Positions 1 through 11,600 of a DNA stretch of 64,000 nt are shown here, in pieces (within the stretch, counting starts at the first letter, position 1; each line of letters begins with the position of its first letter). The position numbers were made by a program, and so were the translations under genes. Source of the stretch: Marsupella aquatica. Taxonomy: Eukaryota; Plantae; Marchantiophyta. The stretch is from assembly GCA_973895155.1 (NCBI GenBank), contig OZ316898.1:5257079-5321078 (forward strand), read 5' to 3'. A model generated the notes under the pieces. The model saw only the letters and a program-made list of their open reading frames with translations, made no database searches and was not told the origin of the DNA.

Positions 1-1020
1 AGGGAGAATGCTCCCAAGTCGAGTCAGGAGGAAGTTACTAAAACTAGACCTTCAGAACTCTCAAAACTGGAAAGTGAAATTCAGCCTGAGACACACAGCT
101 GAAGGCCACATGGATAACTATATGGCCACGCTGTCCCTCATTCAAGTCCAAAGTCCTCTTCAGATTGTCTGAACTCCTATCTAAACTCCTGAACTGGATG
201 AAGTCCTGTCTGAATGTGAAGTTCAGATTGGCAATCTCAAATGGCAAGTTCTGAACTCTTGTCTGAACTTCATCCACCCTTCTAAACTGGGATTTGTGCT
301 ACGTGTATAGACTCCACATTGTTGCTTCTCCCTTTCGGGCCAACCCTCCTTGTGAAACGTAGGAGCACGATCATGGCACTTACACATAGTCTGACATTCA
401 AAAAATGCTACTTCTCAGAAGCATGTTTCGAGTAGTTTGCCTGTGTGTTGAGCCCGGGGTTGAGCCTAATTATTTGTTTATTGCTTTAGTAACATGCATG
501 GCCAATTGGTTTCTCTTCATGTAAAGGCAAGTTTTTGAAACTTACTACTTGAATTAGTGGTTTGAATTTAGTTAAGTGTTGAGAAATTAGCATTCACACT
601 AACTATTTTTCTTTTGTGATTGAGTTCTCTTTGCTATTGAATGTATTGAATAATTATTTCATCACAGAAATTTTCAGAACAAACACGGAAGCACCAGGGG
701 GCTGAGGATTGGATATTGAGGCTGAAGACATTGAGGTAATAAACTGGGTGTGGTTCGGGTGACAATGTTAGCAACTGATGCTTCTTCAGGGGAACTTCCC
801 ATGTGCAGTTTATCCACACATGATTGACTTTGGTTCTCGCTGTTTTTCTTTTGGTGTACTCTTGAGTTTGGTGTCACTCTATCCTTTCCTGTAGCCTCAA
901 AATAGGAACACACGTGCTTTGTGGTCCCCAATTGCCCAATGATTTATAATGACTGTGTCTAGGCAATGTATGCATTGCGTGTTCATTCCAGAAGAATGAA
1001 TATGTACACTTTGCACAAAC

Positions 1021-1308
1021 AGGAGGTTGAATCTTGCGGTACGTCAAGGGGAACTTGATCTTTGAATCATGGAACTGCTTGGTACTTTCTCGCTTGCACA
1101 GAGAGACAGGGACTGTCGTAGTCTTGATGATCTGGATGCAAGGGAACCGAACTCTATGACAAGAAGCCATCTCATCATACATCTGCTCTACAGCGATGTT
1201 CAATGTGGTATCACAATATTTCTTGTACATGTTGGGATAACCTGTACGACTCTGATACCCCACCTAGATACCAAAGTTCTTAATTGTGGTGGGCTTCTTT
1301 TCGAAGAT
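1021..1308 (-). pseudogene. RPL18A: 60S ribosomal protein L18a (eL20) exon fragment
   Basis: Reads [62 protein letters not shown]...[12 protein letters not shown]. It follows a ctaccag acceptor and has an in-frame TAG at a conserved Trp. Confidence 0.9.
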
Positions 1309-2461
1309 CTGGTAGACACATTATTCAGCATTTGCTAACTTTGAAACTAGAAGGGTAACACATTAAACAACAGAGAAACTCACAACATCCTCCTTTGGTC
1401 CTTCAGAGTCTGTACTTTGATTATGAAGTTTGACTGAGTTTCTGTTTACTGAAAGAATGTGACTGTGTAAGAGTTCCGTTTGGCAGTGGATTTTACTGAG
1501 TTTCTGTTTTGCCTTCAAGTAGGACATGGATGAATTGAGCTTGGAGGCAACAAAATGGCAAGGCCGAATCTGAATGGTTCCAGAAGTATGTGTGCTGCAT
1601 TTTGATCTGGAGAACCAATTGTAGAGTTGACTCTTTTTGAATGTTGTAGTCTATTTTGCCTTGAACTGGGCCATGGATGAATTGAGCTTGGAGGCAGTTT
1701 TTTTCATTCCCATCTTCCTGAAGCCTTGTCTGCTTTTTGCCACCCCCTTGTGGTGGGGACTTTTCTTGAAAGATCCTTATTGTGAACAGAGTTTGTACTT
1801 TGATTATGAAGTTTGACTGAGTTTCTGTTTACTGAAAGAACGTGACTGTGTAAGAGTTCCAGTTGGCAGTGGATTGGTTGAAGCACTTCCTGCTAGTGTG
1901 TTGTCCACAGCTCTTCAACCAGCTTTTGTATTCCTTGTCTTTCACCACTTACGGTGACATCAATTCAGCTAAGACCATAGAAGGTTCCAAAGCATCTAAC
2001 TTGTAAAATTGCATTCTGTTACATCAAGGACTAAGGTGTTGGGTGCCAAAGGAGACAGCACAGCAAACGTGCTGAAAAGACTTCAGGACTGGGTTCAACA
2101 AGGTAGTGAAGGTGCTTAGAGCCATAGTAAGTATGCATTCTGTATCCTTTCTCTGTTGATGTGAGCTTGTGCATAGTAGGAGAACTTGTAGTTGGCAAGA
2201 GTTCCATAAGGCCAAATATGAATAGTTCCAAAAGTATTTGTATGAACCAAGTGTAGAGTTGACTCTTTCTAAATATTGTAGTCTCTTTTGCCTTCAACTG
2301 GGCCATCGAGTACTGCTAGTGTATTCACCCCAATGAGCAATGCTTCTCCATTCAATCAGGTGAACGTACAGTTTGGTAGGGCCAATGCCATGTGATCATG
2401 TACTTGCTCTATAAAATTCTGAAGATATAAGCATTTTCTGTTAGACCAGGCAACTTGGGAG

Positions 2462-2848
2462 TTGCTAAGTGTCACCTATGAGGGCTCTGTTGATGAGGGC
2501 TCTGTTGATGCTGCAGCAAATGTTAGGAAATGTTCAGACCGTTTTTGTGTGAGATTTTTCTGTTTTGAGTGTTTGCCTGCTCATGCCACAGCTTGCCCAC
2601 TTCATAGGTGCAAGGCATGTGGTGAGCATGATGATGACTACTGGATTGACATAGTCCACTGTGCTAGGTGTCCCACTATGTGGCACTATCATTGCCTGAA
2701 AGATCGTCAAGTAGAGGGTTATGCTTGTGACAGAGAAATCTATGATCACTCTGCACATGGTGTTGATCGATGGATATTTTATTGTCATCGCCATGCCATT
2801 GATCCTACCTCGCGCACTCCTGTGAGAGATCACATATCTTGGTTGTGA
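2462..2848 (+). CDS. EDM2/NSD-type PHD-finger module (probable transposon cargo, partial)
   Basis: CPLHRCKAC...HCARCPTMWHYHCL...IFYCHRHAID...TPVRDH resembles, from memory, the EDM2 PHD region (CPLHKC..C...CRRCPKSYHRKCL...LIYCQEHEID...TPVRDH). The true start/exon boundary is uncertain. Confidence 0.7.
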   Translation: MLSVTYEGSVDEGSVDAAANVRKCSDRFCVRFFCFECLPAHATACPLHRCKACGEHDDDYWIDIVHCARCPTMWHYHCLKDRQVEGYACDREIYDHSAHGVDRWIFYCHRHAIDPTSRTPVRDHISWL

Positions 2849-3438
2849 AGCTGAACATTGTACATGCACAGTGCACCTGATGTGGATGTACTATTTTTTG
2901 AGATTGCAGAGATTCCAATTTTGAAAAGGAGTTGGGTAGGCGAGTTTATATAGGCAGCACTTATCTTGTGCTCTGGCGTCAATGGCTGGGTACATGCCTA
3001 TACAAACTTATCCTTACAAGCCTTCTTGGAAGTATTTAGGCTGAGTGGTCATTTTCATAAACACTTTCATCAGACTGCTAAATTAAAACAGGACTTCTAA
3101 GTTGTAAGCGTATAAATTATCAGGCATGCAATTAATCAAATTGCCCTATAAGTTTGTCATTGAATGTATCCTCCTTTACAACAAAATATGTATGTGCCAT
3201 GACAAGTTGGTTGCACTTCATTTCACCGCGGATATGGATTTTGTAGTATATATTCAAACAATGTCCTGCATCCGTGCAGGTGCCTAGTACGTATTGTTCA
3301 CATATCCCTTGTACCTATCAAAATCGAACCTGAGCACCAGTGGGCCAGATCAACTCAAAAAGCAAGAATTTTGTTGTCCTTGTATTGTCAGGTGAACCCA
3401 TTCTTCCAAAATTCACTGTCATCACGTAGGGTGTGTAC

Positions 3439-4314
3439 ATGGAGCCTGGGAAACGTAGAAAGTGTGACCACCCAGCAGTGTTTACAGCCCAGGTCAGAGC
3501 GATTTTGGTCCATGGCCAGCATGGGTTGACCAAAGTGCATTGGCCAACTGTACATAAATGATTCTCTGAGCTCCATGGCACTGTAGTTCAGGACATCACT
3601 CCAGAGACTACACATGTTGTTGCAGGGACATGGCTATCAGTGATAAAGAAGTGGTCATGGTCCTACATGAATTCTGCAATTACTAAGCAAGGCCTAAAAG
3701 TAGTTGAGGCCTCTTGGATCACAGATTCCATAGCACATAAGATTGTACAGGATACTGAGCAATATGAGTTGTGGGAGGATGAAGAAGCTACTGCATCAGC
3801 TTGGGCTGAACAAGAAGTCTGGGAAGCAAAGGCACGGCTTGCTGATCTCCAATATGGACCTGTACTCAACAAAGGACAGAGCTCTACAAGGCTGAAGAGT
3901 ATGTTGGCTGAGGAGACGAAGCAACCAACCCCCATTCTGAAAGGGCTGAGCATGGTATTTGTGGAGGCGGGAATTGGAGAGGTTAAGTGCAAAGTGTACA
4001 AGTCCACAGTGCTTGACCTAGGTGGGACAGTGGAGGAGAATATAACAGAGGACACCACTCATGTCATTACTAAGTCATATCCCAAAGCCTGCCGCAAGTT
4101 TGGGAAGGGAGACATTCGCTTTTATGTCATGTCCCATAATGTGTTTGTGGTTTCATACGCTTGGCTTGTGGAATCAGTAGCAGCTGGGAAGCGTCAAAAC
4201 CCAATGGACTATGATCTTTTTGAGGCCTGGCCACGGAAGGGTCAGGATCCTTACAGAGAGGACTATGAGACAACAAGTGAGGAATGGGTCATTAGCGATT
4301 CTGAATCAGAGTGA
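3439..4314 (+). pseudogene. Tandem BRCT-domain protein with one premature stop
   Basis: ATG at 3439 is in frame with ORF 3640. Two repeats: HGTVVQDITPETTHVV...VVEASWITDSI and LGGTVEENITEDTTHVI...VVSYAWLVESV. Single TGA at 3559-3561. Confidence 0.75.
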
Positions 4315-4744
4315 GGAGTAGTAGCATCAGTTTGGACACAAGTTTTTTTGTATAAATCAGATCATTGAAATAAATGTGATCTTTGAACTAATGTACCTTG
4401 TTATGGTTGGTGGCAGTTGGGCTTATTTTACTGTTGGCGGATTGTTGTTTCCTGCTGCCTGGGGGTGTCACTGTAAACGTACATGCAGAGGCGGTACATT
4501 TGAGGACAGCGAAGGAGGTGGTGACACCCTCCAACATTTAGGAATTTTGTGTCATTCACTTGACAATAGGTACACTACTTGCGAACCTGTTTTTTTTTGG
4601 GGTGGTTTAGGGTTTGTGAGAATTTAGTACACGTTATGTTAACTCTTTTGGCAGATACAGACAAGGATATATGGAACACAAATACCACCATTAGGCATCC
4701 TTGTTCACTGCTGTCCATGACTGCAGAGCTCCCAGCCTGTTACA

Positions 4745-7700
4745 ATGCACCCTGGTCACCACCCTCCCCAGACCCAGCCCAGGGCACAGGCACTGCCTTT
4801 GCATCATCCCACAAGGATATCACGCCATGATAATAAGCTTTGGCAGCGTGAAAGGTTACGAACCAGACTTTCAGGAGCCAGTAGGATGAGATGTCCTTGT
4901 GCAATCTGCCAAGGATCCCGTACCAGGGGTCTAAATGAGGTTTGGTGGCATATCGCGGTTCATGGAAGAGATCCACGACATCGAGTTTGGAATGATCCTA
5001 CAGAGGAAGATTCTTCCGATGAGGAGTGGAGGTTAGAATTTGATGCTGCCAATGCTGCAAGACAGGCAAGTGAGGTTCTGCCTGGTGCATTTGAAAATGT
5101 TGTAGCTGGTCTCTATGGGTTGTCAGCTCTCCAACGGGATGGTGCTCAGGCAGCACCACGTGACGAAGGAATTCATGTGGAAGAGATGGTGAGAGACATC
5201 TTCCAAGACTTGGATGCATTTCATGATGGGCTGGACAACGAAGAGGATACGGCTGCAGATGCAAGTGTGCCCCCTGTCGAAGAGCCTGTTGATGAGTTTG
5301 AGATAGGGCAGGAAACCCCTGGGCATGATGGGATGTTTGGCTCTCCCCTGCAAATACAGGAAGGCAGGAAGTCTTTGTACCCCGGTAGCAAATGTTCTAA
5401 ACTGGGATTTGTCATCATGTTCCTGAACATTTGCGGCAACCACAATGTCCCCAACGTTTTGGTTTCTGAGTTGTTGGCATTCTTGCGAACAACTGTGCTA
5501 CCAGATGGTAATATTTTGCCCAAGAACATGTACGAGGCAAAAAGATGCATATCTAATCTTGGATTGAACTATGATTCGATCCATGCCTGTCCTGATGGGC
5601 ATGTTCTTTTCAGAAAGGAGTATAAAGAATCGTTGACATGCCCTAAGTGTGGGAAGCACAGGTATCGGAACTCAAGAAAGTCTATGGTTCCCGCCAAGGT
5701 ACTTCGTCATTTTCCACTCATTCCCAGACTTCAACGGATTTTCAGAAGCCGTGCCATCTCGGAGATGATGACTTGGGCAATTGACAAGTGATGATGGGCT
5801 ACAACGACATGCTGCAGATTCAAGGCAATGTCCGAAACTCATAGATGAGATGTATCCCGAATTTGCTGCTGAGCCGAGGAATGTCAGACTTGGGCTGTCA
5901 TTGGATGGGGTAAACCCATTTGGAGACAAGAACAACAAATTTTTGTGCTGGCCTGTAACTATTTTGAATTATAACCTTCCTCCTTGGATGACTACAAAGC
6001 AATTTTTTGTTCTGATGGTCCTACTGATACTAGGGCCAGATAGTGCTGTATCTGCCAACATAGATGTGTTTCTGGCTCCCCTAGTGGAGGAATTGAGAAA
6101 GCTTTGGGAGGAAGGAGTTCTCACATATGATGTCCTACAGAGGCTTGGGAGGTTAAACCCATTCATCCTTAGAGCCATTGTCATTCTGACTATAGCTGAC
6201 TACCCAGCCCATGGGATGATATCAGGCCAAACAACAAAAGGATATTGTGCTTGTACTATCTGTGGGCGCAATGTCACCAATGAGTACTCCAGAGCCCTGC
6301 AGAAAGTGATATACATGGGCCATCGTCGTTTTCTGAAGGCAGATCACCCTTATAGAGAAAGACAGGCACTGATTGCACACTTTGGCAATGAGATTGAGCA
6401 ACGTGGACCCCCGGCACGAGTGACCAAAGAGGAGATCAGGTAGTGGGGAGCACTGAGGGATGACTATATCAAACGAGGGGGCAAGGAAGATGGAGTGAGT
6501 GATCCAATAAAGCGATATGGTGTAAAAAGACTGAGCATATTGGACTTGGAGCTCAAGTACTGGAGGGTAAGCCTCTTGGAGTTGATGCTAATTGGGATAC
6601 ATGTTTTGGTTCAGAGCATGTGCATTCATTTCGAAGAGAGAGACTAAACTTGAGGCATTTCTTGACACTTTTGCATTGCAACGATGCAAGAGTTTGAGCC
6701 AAGCAAACATAACATTGATGTTATGCACATTGAAAAGAATATTTGTGAGAGTCTACTCAGATTCTTGTGTGGAGAGAAAGACACTGGTTCAGTGAGATTG
6801 GATCTTGAACAGAGGGGAATGAAACCCCATCTTTGGTTGAGGCCACATGCCCATAGAGCTGATGTGCTCTTGAAGTACCAAGCGCCCTATGTTCTGACAG
6901 ACACAGAGTGGGAACTATTTGTGCAGAGGTTGAGTTCTTTGAAGGTTCCTTCAAACTATGGCAGTGCTTTCAAGAAGCATATCATGACTAGAAAGCTTGG
7001 TAGTATGAAAAGCCATGACTACCATATGTTGATGCAACAGGTGTTGCCTTTATGCCTGAGGGGCCTGTTGCAGAAGCCTGTTTGTACTGTGATCATGCGA
7101 CTCAGTGATGTGTTTCGTCGTATTTGTGTGAAGGTTTGGGATGAAACACACTTCCCACAACTGACAGAAGATGTCGCTCAGGTGCTGTGTGACCTGGAGA
7201 TTTATTTTCCTCCCGCATTTTTTGATGTCATGACCCACCTACTTGTCCATGTTGTGGAAGAGCTACACCAATTTGGGCCTGTGAGTGCTCGTTGGTTGTA
7301 CCCTTTGGAATGGTACATGAAGCTACTCAAAGGTCACGTGAGAACATATTACAAACCTGAAGCAAGCATGGCTAAAGGTTACATCAAGGATAAGACTCTG
7401 GGATTTCTGACCGAATACATAGCACAATATGAGCATGTGAAGACCACTGGAGTGTGGAATTCTGATGAGGAGGAAGGGGTGATAGGTGAAGTACTGGAAG
7501 GGGCTGCAACCACAAAGAACCTGACCATATCTATGAGAGACTTGGCACATGACTTTGTATTGCACAACACTGTGGTGATGGAACCCTGGATACAGTGAGT
7601 GCATACATGTGCTATAATCCAGTTCATGAGCTTAAATGTTGTGTTCGTGTGGTTTTCTCCTTCAGCCTGTTCATGTTTACCCAAGCTAATGCTGTGTGGT

Positions 7701-8477
7701 TGTTCGTTCAGGGAGTATGAGTCATTGAAGGCGGCCCATCCCACTGCAGGAACAACTTTTCCAGGTTTCATGGAGTGGATCAGAGTGGCAATTAGAGAGC
7801 ATCACGAGACCCACCCAGACATGGATGCAGATGTTTACCTACTGTCTAATGCCCCTAGCCTGAAAGTGAAGACTTACAAACGGATGAGAGCATATGGGAA
7901 TCACTTTCGAGTGAAGGATGGTGACAGTGCCTACAGGGTGACGAATGACTGCGGGCTCATCACTGTATTTGAGCAACAGAGCCACAATCACGACAGGGCC
8001 TGGATGGAGATGGGATATGTGGGAGAATTAGTTGACATATGGGCTCTGGACTATGGGGCGGTGTCCAGTCCTGTGATTCTTATGAAAGGTTCATGGGTGC
8101 GGCAGGATTGGCTTGGTAACAGGGCTACCATGAAGAGAGACAACGACGGTTTCTTGCTGGCCAATTTCAGAGGGAAATTGCCCAAATGGTCTGAGCCATT
8201 TGTGTTTCCTAGTCAGGTGGAGCAAGCTTTCTTCCTGGATGTGGAAGACTCCCCAGGTTGGCGTGTAGTGTGTCATAAACAGGCCAGGCAACGTCGGATG
8301 GAAGGATCAAACCTTGAGTTTCATTTACACTCTCATAGTGCCTTTGATCGTCGGCGTTCAGACCAAGTGCCTGTAGTTCATGATAGCGGGGACTTCATTC
8401 CTGTGACAAGGGTAGATGCATTTGCTGAAGGAGGCGAATTCAGAGATGCAGATGCCAACAGTGTGCCTGTGCCATGA
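4745..8477 (+). pseudogene. CACTA TnpD transposase (Transposase_21, DUF4218, DUF4216 type), disrupted
   Basis: Motifs RCPCAIC, SIHACPDGHVLFR, RNVRLGLSLDGVNPF, IDVMHIEKNICE, MKSHDYH, PPAFFDVMTHL and EPFVFPSQV. Frameshift near 5785, in-frame TAG at 6441, introns near 6567 and 7596. Confidence 0.92.
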
Positions 8478-8633
8478 ATAATGTGAATTATTTGCATGGA
8501 CATTAGTGAGGGGAAGGATGTGTAATAAAGTAATTCTGAAGCAACACAGATGTATGGATGGATGCCTGGTGATTGTGGTTGCATTGTGTTATACGGGGTG
8601 ACCATAGATGACATGTTTTTGTGGTCCAGTAGG

Positions 8634-11600
8634 ATGGAACAGAGTGACACAGAGATGTGTGAGTATGAAAGGAAAGCTATGGAACAACGAGCATACGTGA
8701 AAGCCAAAATCGCAGAACTGGATCTGGAAAAGGATGTGGCTGAATTGTAAGGGAACGATTCTCAACTACACCCCTCCGCTGAGTTTGTGTGACATGAATA
8801 GTTCAATGTGGCACTGAAATTGTGACTATATTCTCATATTGGAATGTCGCAGAGCCACAGCATTTTCAAAGAAACAAAAGGAGTACGCAAGAAGGGTGAC
8901 CAGCACTATCTCTGGGCATGTGCGTCGGAGTGACAGGTTGAGCAAGAAGGTCGTACCTACAATGGCAGAATGTGGAGATGACATTGATGTTGCACAGGTG
9001 GGTGCAGACACTAGACAAGAAGATGCAGATGATGAGTATTTTCCAGAGGAAATGGATGAGGATGGGGGTTATGAAGATGAATACATTGCAGAGCAGCCCC
9101 AAAAGAAACAGGTAAGTAGTTTTCCCAACAAGGTTTTGAGTTAAAAACTCTTGTTTAGAGGTTTCATATGTTCAATACTACACATATGTACCTTGCTTAG
9201 TTCTTGACATTGTAGTTGGTGATGTGATGCAGCGTCCTGCCAGTTCTGTTTTGCCTTCGAAGCCTGTGCATGCACCATACCAGCAGGGGGGCTGACCTCT
9301 GATCAAGGTTGGCGAGGTGGTAGTAGTGGTAGATCCCAGGCTGGTGCCCAATACTATGGCAGGGGGCAAGCTCTAGGTTATGCCCGTGGTAGAGGCAGAG
9401 CAGGTCCAAACCCACAATCTCGTGGGTATGGACGTCCACCTCAACCATGGGGATGTGAGTATATATCTATATGCCAGTTCTTTGTGAAGGCATGGCACTC
9501 CTGAATTTCAGACTGCATATCAATTTTTGACATTGTTTGGGATGTATTGGATTCAAACAACATGAAATTCTGTCCACCTGCCATTGCATGCAGATTCTGC
9601 CCAACCTGATTGGGCAAATCCTAGTAATGATCAGTTCCAATGTCCACAAGGACAGACATGGGTTGAACCAAGTTGGGAGGATGGTGGTGGGTCGTGGAAT
9701 GAACAAGGTTGGGAAGGTGGTGAAGGTAATTGGTAGGGATATCAAAATACAGTACCTACAAACGCTGGAAGAGGGGCAGGTAATGTCTGATCTTGTCAGC
9801 AATGGAAGAACTCATTATATCTGGAGTCCATTCACGTGGGGGGATTCTGCACATGTATAATGATAGAAAATGTATGTGTGTGTGATGCCTAGCCAGGAAT
9901 CACTCGGCCAGTTAAGGGGGTAAAGCAGGAATGCACCTTGGAAACACCTTAGTATAGGGACAAAACAAGAAAAATATAAACAATTAGGGGCGACTATGGA
10001 ACCCGGGCCGAGGCCGGAGGTAAGAACGTTGGGGGTGAAAACTCGATTAGGGTTAGGGTGTGCTAAGCGTCGGCGGCTAGGAAGGATCAACGGGAGGAAG
10101 GACCGGAGGAGGAGAGGGGTAAGGAGCGCTTGCAGGAGACGGTGGCTCATTTGCGAGCAGGAACTAGGCAGACGACTACGGGAGGCCAACTACTGTCAGC
10201 TGCTTAGGCAAGCACTCGGGGAGGGAGTAGATACCAACGATCGACCTAAGGAGGGTATGAGCAACGTCAATCAAGCGGCACATTTCTGGGGATGCCTGTT
10301 CGAACGGGCAACTGAGTACATCAAGACTTACGAGGACGAAGAATCAGAAAGAGCAGCTCGAGAACGACAGGAGCTCGCTAGATTGTGGGAGCTGTAGAAA
10401 ACGGCTTTCTTAGGAGGCGAACTCATCAAGGCCGAGTTCTTGTGGACTCCTACTTCCAATCAGCTTGACGATCTTCTGTTCTGCAAAGACAGCATCATCG
10501 GCATTCAAGAGGCCATCAAGAACTGCAATGACATACACTGGGAATTGAAGGGTAGCACAGAAAGGTGGACCCAGGCAACAGTGCTAGGAGAAACCTCCAC
10601 GGCAGCTGAGATGAAGAGGAAGGGAGTCGTCAACGATGAAACCACCCCGGCAAAAAGAACGAGGTCGGCGGCACCAAAGAAACCAGCCGAACAGCAGAGC
10701 AGGAGGCAGAGCGAAGCCGAGGAGGAGGAAAGCGACCCCATCAACGCCATTCCAACCAGGGATGACACCTGGAAGGGCTGGGCGGCAACTCTACCAATGG
10801 AGGTGCAACTACATTTTGCACGGGAGGAGGATGCATGCTTTATGGCCATGCAGACCAAGAAGTACCAAGGCTTCATGGCCGGATCCGGCTTGGAAGCCTT
10901 TGTAAGATTACCATGGCTGAAGCCGGAGGTGCCGGATTCAGACCTATTAGAATTCGTAGGGTCATGGGAACCCGAGACCAATTGCACGAGGATATATGGG
11001 AAGGATTTCTATCTTACTCCCAAGGTAGTTGCCGAAGTATTTGGCTTGCCGATAGGCAATAAGACCAAGGTTGCTACCAGGAAGACCTTGCCTGACAAAG
11101 AGTTCCGGTCGTTCCCCGGACCATCAACGAAGAATGGCTTCTTCCGGAGCACCTGTACCAACCCGCACATTGGAGAGATGATCGACTTCTTGCGGGTAAC
11201 CATGCATTGTAACTTGCCGAGGGCAGAGATCGGCAAGGCACAGGTCTATCTGGCAGAGAGACCAGACCCAAGCCGGGACTACAACGGGTACCTCCTCAAC
11301 CAATTGAAGAAAATCTTGAAGGAGGAGCAGCAGGTAATCGGCATGGGGAGCGTATCGCGGCTTGGCTATCACATGCCGCTGTTGTGTCGGTATGCCAGAG
11401 GTCAGACCTTTGCCCCGGTACTTCCCCTACAGGCAAGGGCACCAGTTCCGGAACAGAGACAGGCAACGGAGAAACCCAAACTGCCCGACAATCCTACAAT
11501 CGACCAGGTGTTTAGACCAAGAACGGAGGACTTGCCGATGCAGCAACCAGGCATGCAGAGTCTGCTGAAGCTGCTGGAGAAAGAAAAGAGATCGGCATCG

